NCBI GenBank assembly: GCA_039714075.1
Contig: JBDLKA010000005.1
Location: 24,788-88,787, forward strand
Length of the DNA stretch: 64,000 nt
Source: Candidatus Krumholzibacteriota bacterium
GTDB taxonomy: Bacteria; Krumholzibacteriota; Krumholzibacteriia; LZORAL124-64-63
Direction: 5' to 3'
The number at the start of each line of letters is the position of its first letter. Positions within the stretch are counted from its first letter, which is position 1. The position numbers and the translations under genes are program-made. Positions 61,397 to 64,000 of the stretch are shown piece after piece. The notes under the pieces are model-generated. The model was not told the DNA's origin. It did no database searches and saw only the letters and a list, made by a program, of their open reading frames with translations.

Positions 61397-63472
61397 GTGA
61401 AGCCAACGGCCACCCCCCAAATCATGATGATCACCCTGATCCTGCTGGCTGCGGCCACCGTCTGCGGCGCGGCGCCGGAGCGTGACCACACCATTGTTCC
61501 GGAGGACTATTTCGACCTGATCAGCCTGGGCAACCTGGCCGTCTCCCCCGACGGGAAAACCATCGCCTATACGGAAAGCCGCTGGGGAGAAGGCAAGGAA
61601 GGCCGGCACAGCGAGCTGTGGACCGTGGGCCGGGATGGATCCGGTCCGGCGCGCCACACCTTTGACGGCTTCGGTGTTTCTTCCGTGGCCTGGTCGCCGG
61701 ACGGAAAGACCGTCTACTTCCTGGGCCGGGACAAGGCGGGTCGGGAAAATCCGCCCCACGACGGCAGCCGCCAGGTCTGGCGCCTGGTTCCCGGGGCCGG
61801 AGCCCCCGTTCCGGTGACCCGCATCAACGACGGCGTTTCCTCCTTCACCCTGTCCCCGGACGGAACGGTTCTCTATTACACCGTTGCCAAGGAAGAAGTG
61901 ACGGGCCAGTGGAAGGATCTGCGTGAAAAGTACGCGGACCTGGAATACGGCCACGGGGTGACCCGCTTCTCCGAGGTGCGCAAACTGGACCTGGGCAGCT
62001 GGCGGGACGAGGTGGTCCTGCCCGCGGACCGGGTGATCTGGGAAATGTCCCTTTCCCCCGACGGCGCCCGCCTGGGCATGATCACCACCTGTGACAACGA
62101 ATTGATCTTCAAGGAGGGCTGGTCGCGGGTGGAAATCCTCGACCTCGCCACCGGCGCCGTGACCCGGACCACGAGCCAGGAATGGCGCGCGGATCACCCC
62201 TCTCCCTACGGCTGGATCGACGATCTGGCCTGGTCCGGCGACAGCAAGGCGCTGGCCTTCGCCATTTCCTACGACGGGTACGCCACCCGCATCTGGATCA
62301 CCGAGGAAAAAGAAGGGGCCTGGGGCCTGCAGCTGGTCGATCGTCCCGAAATGGTTTCGTACAACGGTTCCCTGAAGTGGCGGGGTGCCGACCGCACCCT
62401 GTGCTACAAGGGCGAAACCATGGGGCGGATCCATGTGTACGGAACAGACAAGGTCGGCGGCGGCAGCCAGGGAAAAACCCGGGTTCTCGCCGGAGGAGAC
62501 ATCGTGGCCGGATCCTTCGACTTCAGTGAACGCGGCGGCGACCTGACCGTCGTGATGGAAACCGTTACCGACGCCAACGACATCTATACCGTCAAGGGCC
62601 CGGAGAAACTGGAACGGCTGACCCGGGTCAACCCCCAGGTCGACACCTGGAAACTTCCCCAGATCGAGCACGTCAGCTGGACCGGCGCCGACGGCGACCT
62701 TTGTCACGGCATCCTGGAACTGCCGCCGGGATACCAGGAAGGGGACGGCCCCCTGCCCACCATCATCGAGCTGCACGGCGGGCCCACCTCGTCGACCAAG
62801 TACCGCCTGCGGCTGTGGATCTACGGACGGGCCTTGATGGCGGCCAACGGTTACGCGCTGCTGAGCCCGAACTACCACGGCTCGACCGGGTACGGGGACG
62901 AATTCCTGGAAAAACTGATCGGGCGGGAGAATGAGATCGAAGTTACCGACATCACCGCCGGGACCCGCTGGCTGATCGACCAGGGCATCGCCGACCCTGC
63001 CCGGATCGGCGTAAGCGGCTGGAGCAACGGCGGGTATCTGACCAACTGCATGATAGTCGCCGAACCGGATATGTTCGCGGCCGCCAGCAGCGGGGCGGGC
63101 GTGCTGGACATGGTGATCCAGTGGGGCACCGAGGACACGCCCGGGCATGTCATCAACTTCGTGGAAGGCCTGCCCTGGGAGCAGCCCGGACATTACCAGA
63201 GCGCCTCGCCCCTGTACCATCTGGACAAGGTCAAGACCCCGACCCTGATTCATGTCGGCGGAAACGACCCCCGCGTTCCCCCGGCCCACAGCCGGGCGCT
63301 GTACCGGGCCCTGAAGCACTATCTGCACGTGCCGACGGAGCTGGTCGTCTACCCGGGCGAGCCCCACGGCCTGACCACCCATGAAAACCGCCTGGCCAAG
63401 ATGAAGTGGGATCTGGCCTGGTTCGGGAAATACCTGCTGGGCCAGGACGAGGAGTCCCCGGCCGCGGATTGA
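61397..63472 (+). CDS. S9-family (prolyl oligopeptidase/acylaminoacyl) peptidase with beta-propeller, secreted
   Basis: GGAGG RBS plus GTG, signal peptide, SPDG repeats, LHGGP, GWSNGG (Ser), GNDPRVP (Asp), GEPHG (His). Confidence 0.92.
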   Translation: MKPTATPQIMMITLILLAAATVCGAAPERDHTIVPEDYFDLISLGNLAVSPDGKTIAYTESRWGEGKEGRHSELWTVGRDGSGPARHTFDGFGVSSVAWSPDGKTVYFLGRDKAGRENPPHDGSRQVWRLVPGAGAPVPVTRINDGVSSFTLSPDGTVLYYTVAKEEVTGQWKDLREKYADLEYGHGVTRFSEVRKLDLGSWRDEVVLPADRVIWEMSLSPDGARLGMITTCDNELIFKEGWSRVEILDLATGAVTRTTSQEWRADHPSPYGWIDDLAWSGDSKALAFAISYDGYATRIWITEEKEGAWGLQLVDRPEMVSYNGSLKWRGADRTLCYKGETMGRIHVYGTDKVGGGSQGKTRVLAGGDIVAGSFDFSERGGDLTVVMETVTDANDIYTVKGPEKLERLTRVNPQVDTWKLPQIEHVSWTGADGDLCHGILELPPGYQEGDGPLPTIIELHGGPTSSTKYRLRLWIYGRALMAANGYALLSPNYHGSTGYGDEFLEKLIGRENEIEVTDITAGTRWLIDQGIADPARIGVSGWSNGGYLTNCMIVAEPDMFAAASSGAGVLDMVIQWGTEDTPGHVINFVEGLPWEQPGHYQSASPLYHLDKVKTPTLIHVGGNDPRVPPAHSRALYRALKHYLHVPTELVVYPGEPHGLTTHENRLAKMKWDLAWFGKYLLGQDEESPAAD

Positions 63473-63494
63473 TCGCGGCGGGAGTCGATATTCC

Positions 63495-63525
63495 AAGGGC
63501 CGGACGATTATTCGTCCGGCCTTTT
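63495..63525 (+). terminator. Intrinsic terminator of the S9 peptidase gene
   Basis: GGCCGGACGA/TCGTCCGGCC stem followed by T4. Confidence 0.7.
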
Positions 63526-63658
63526 GGGCGAAAAACTCTACCCAAATGCTTGTTTTTCAGGCAATAGGCCTGTTAAAAATTTATCTTGTACGGTTTCGGA
63601 CATCCCCATATTCTTGGCCTCAGTCAACAAATGTTTACTCCGATCGGGGAGGTTTTTC

Positions 63659-64000
63659 ATGCTGCGTCTCATTTTGCCCGTCGCAGGGGTCATCCTGCTG
63701 AGTCCGGGTATCGCGGCTGGCGGCGTTTCCTTCGTCGACTCTTTCGATATTCCCGGCGACGCAGATTACGTCGGTTCCGCAACCTGCCTCGATTGCCACG
63801 ATGATGTCGGTGAATTCTATATCAACTCACCCCACTCGGTTGAACGCGGGCTGGCCATCCCCGGCACCGGGATCGCCGGCTGTGAAGCATGCCACGGACC
63901 TGGCAGCCTCCATGTCGAAGAAGAGGGTGACGGTTTCATCGTCGGACCCGAGGTCCTGGCGGGCCAGGGCCAGGGCGTCAAGGTGGCCATGTGTACCCAG
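63659..64000 (+). CDS. 5' part of a multiheme c-type cytochrome, DmsE/MtrA-like (runs off the window)
   Basis: Hand translation from ATG 63659 (GGGGAGG RBS): signal peptide, YVGSATCLDCH, CEACHGPGSLH, third motif starting CTQ at the edge; absent from the ORF track. Confidence 0.75.
   Translation, partial: MLRLILPVAGVILLSPGIAAGGVSFVDSFDIPGDADYVGSATCLDCHDDVGEFYINSPHSVERGLAIPGTGIAGCEACHGPGSLHVEEEGDGFIVGPEVLAGQGQGVKVAMCTQ

Overview
High-GC (roughly two-thirds G+C) chromosomal segment of a diderm bacterium. The FlgD/T9SS-like C-terminal domain, the dockerin-like protein and the xGxVKxLFR tail suggest an FCB-group candidate lineage such as Krumholzibacteriota/Latescibacterota (inference). About 47 densely packed genes. 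Housekeeping: RNase G, purF, a PurL-PurQ fusion with a PurS-like partner, purB, hldD, transaldolase, truA, asd, monomeric icd, alaS and glnA. Accessory content: five multiheme c-type cytochromes (tetraheme c3; a hexaheme with a secretion-type C-terminal domain; an octaheme HAO-like protein plus a NapC-like partner; a truncated MtrA/DmsE-like gene absent from the ORF track), a rearranged pga-like exopolysaccharide operon, an iodotyrosine-deiodinase-like flavoprotein, a porin behind a four-copy 11-bp repeat array, and secreted proteins with unusual C-terminal modules. I found no rRNA, tRNA, CRISPR array, transposase or integrase. The most promising leads are the C-terminal sorting signals on surface proteins and cytochromes, the HAO/NapC module, a REP-like 29-bp perfect inverted repeat after rne, and an abrupt low-GC 3' end in a PD40 gene. 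All annotations come from motif recognition by eye, with no database searches.
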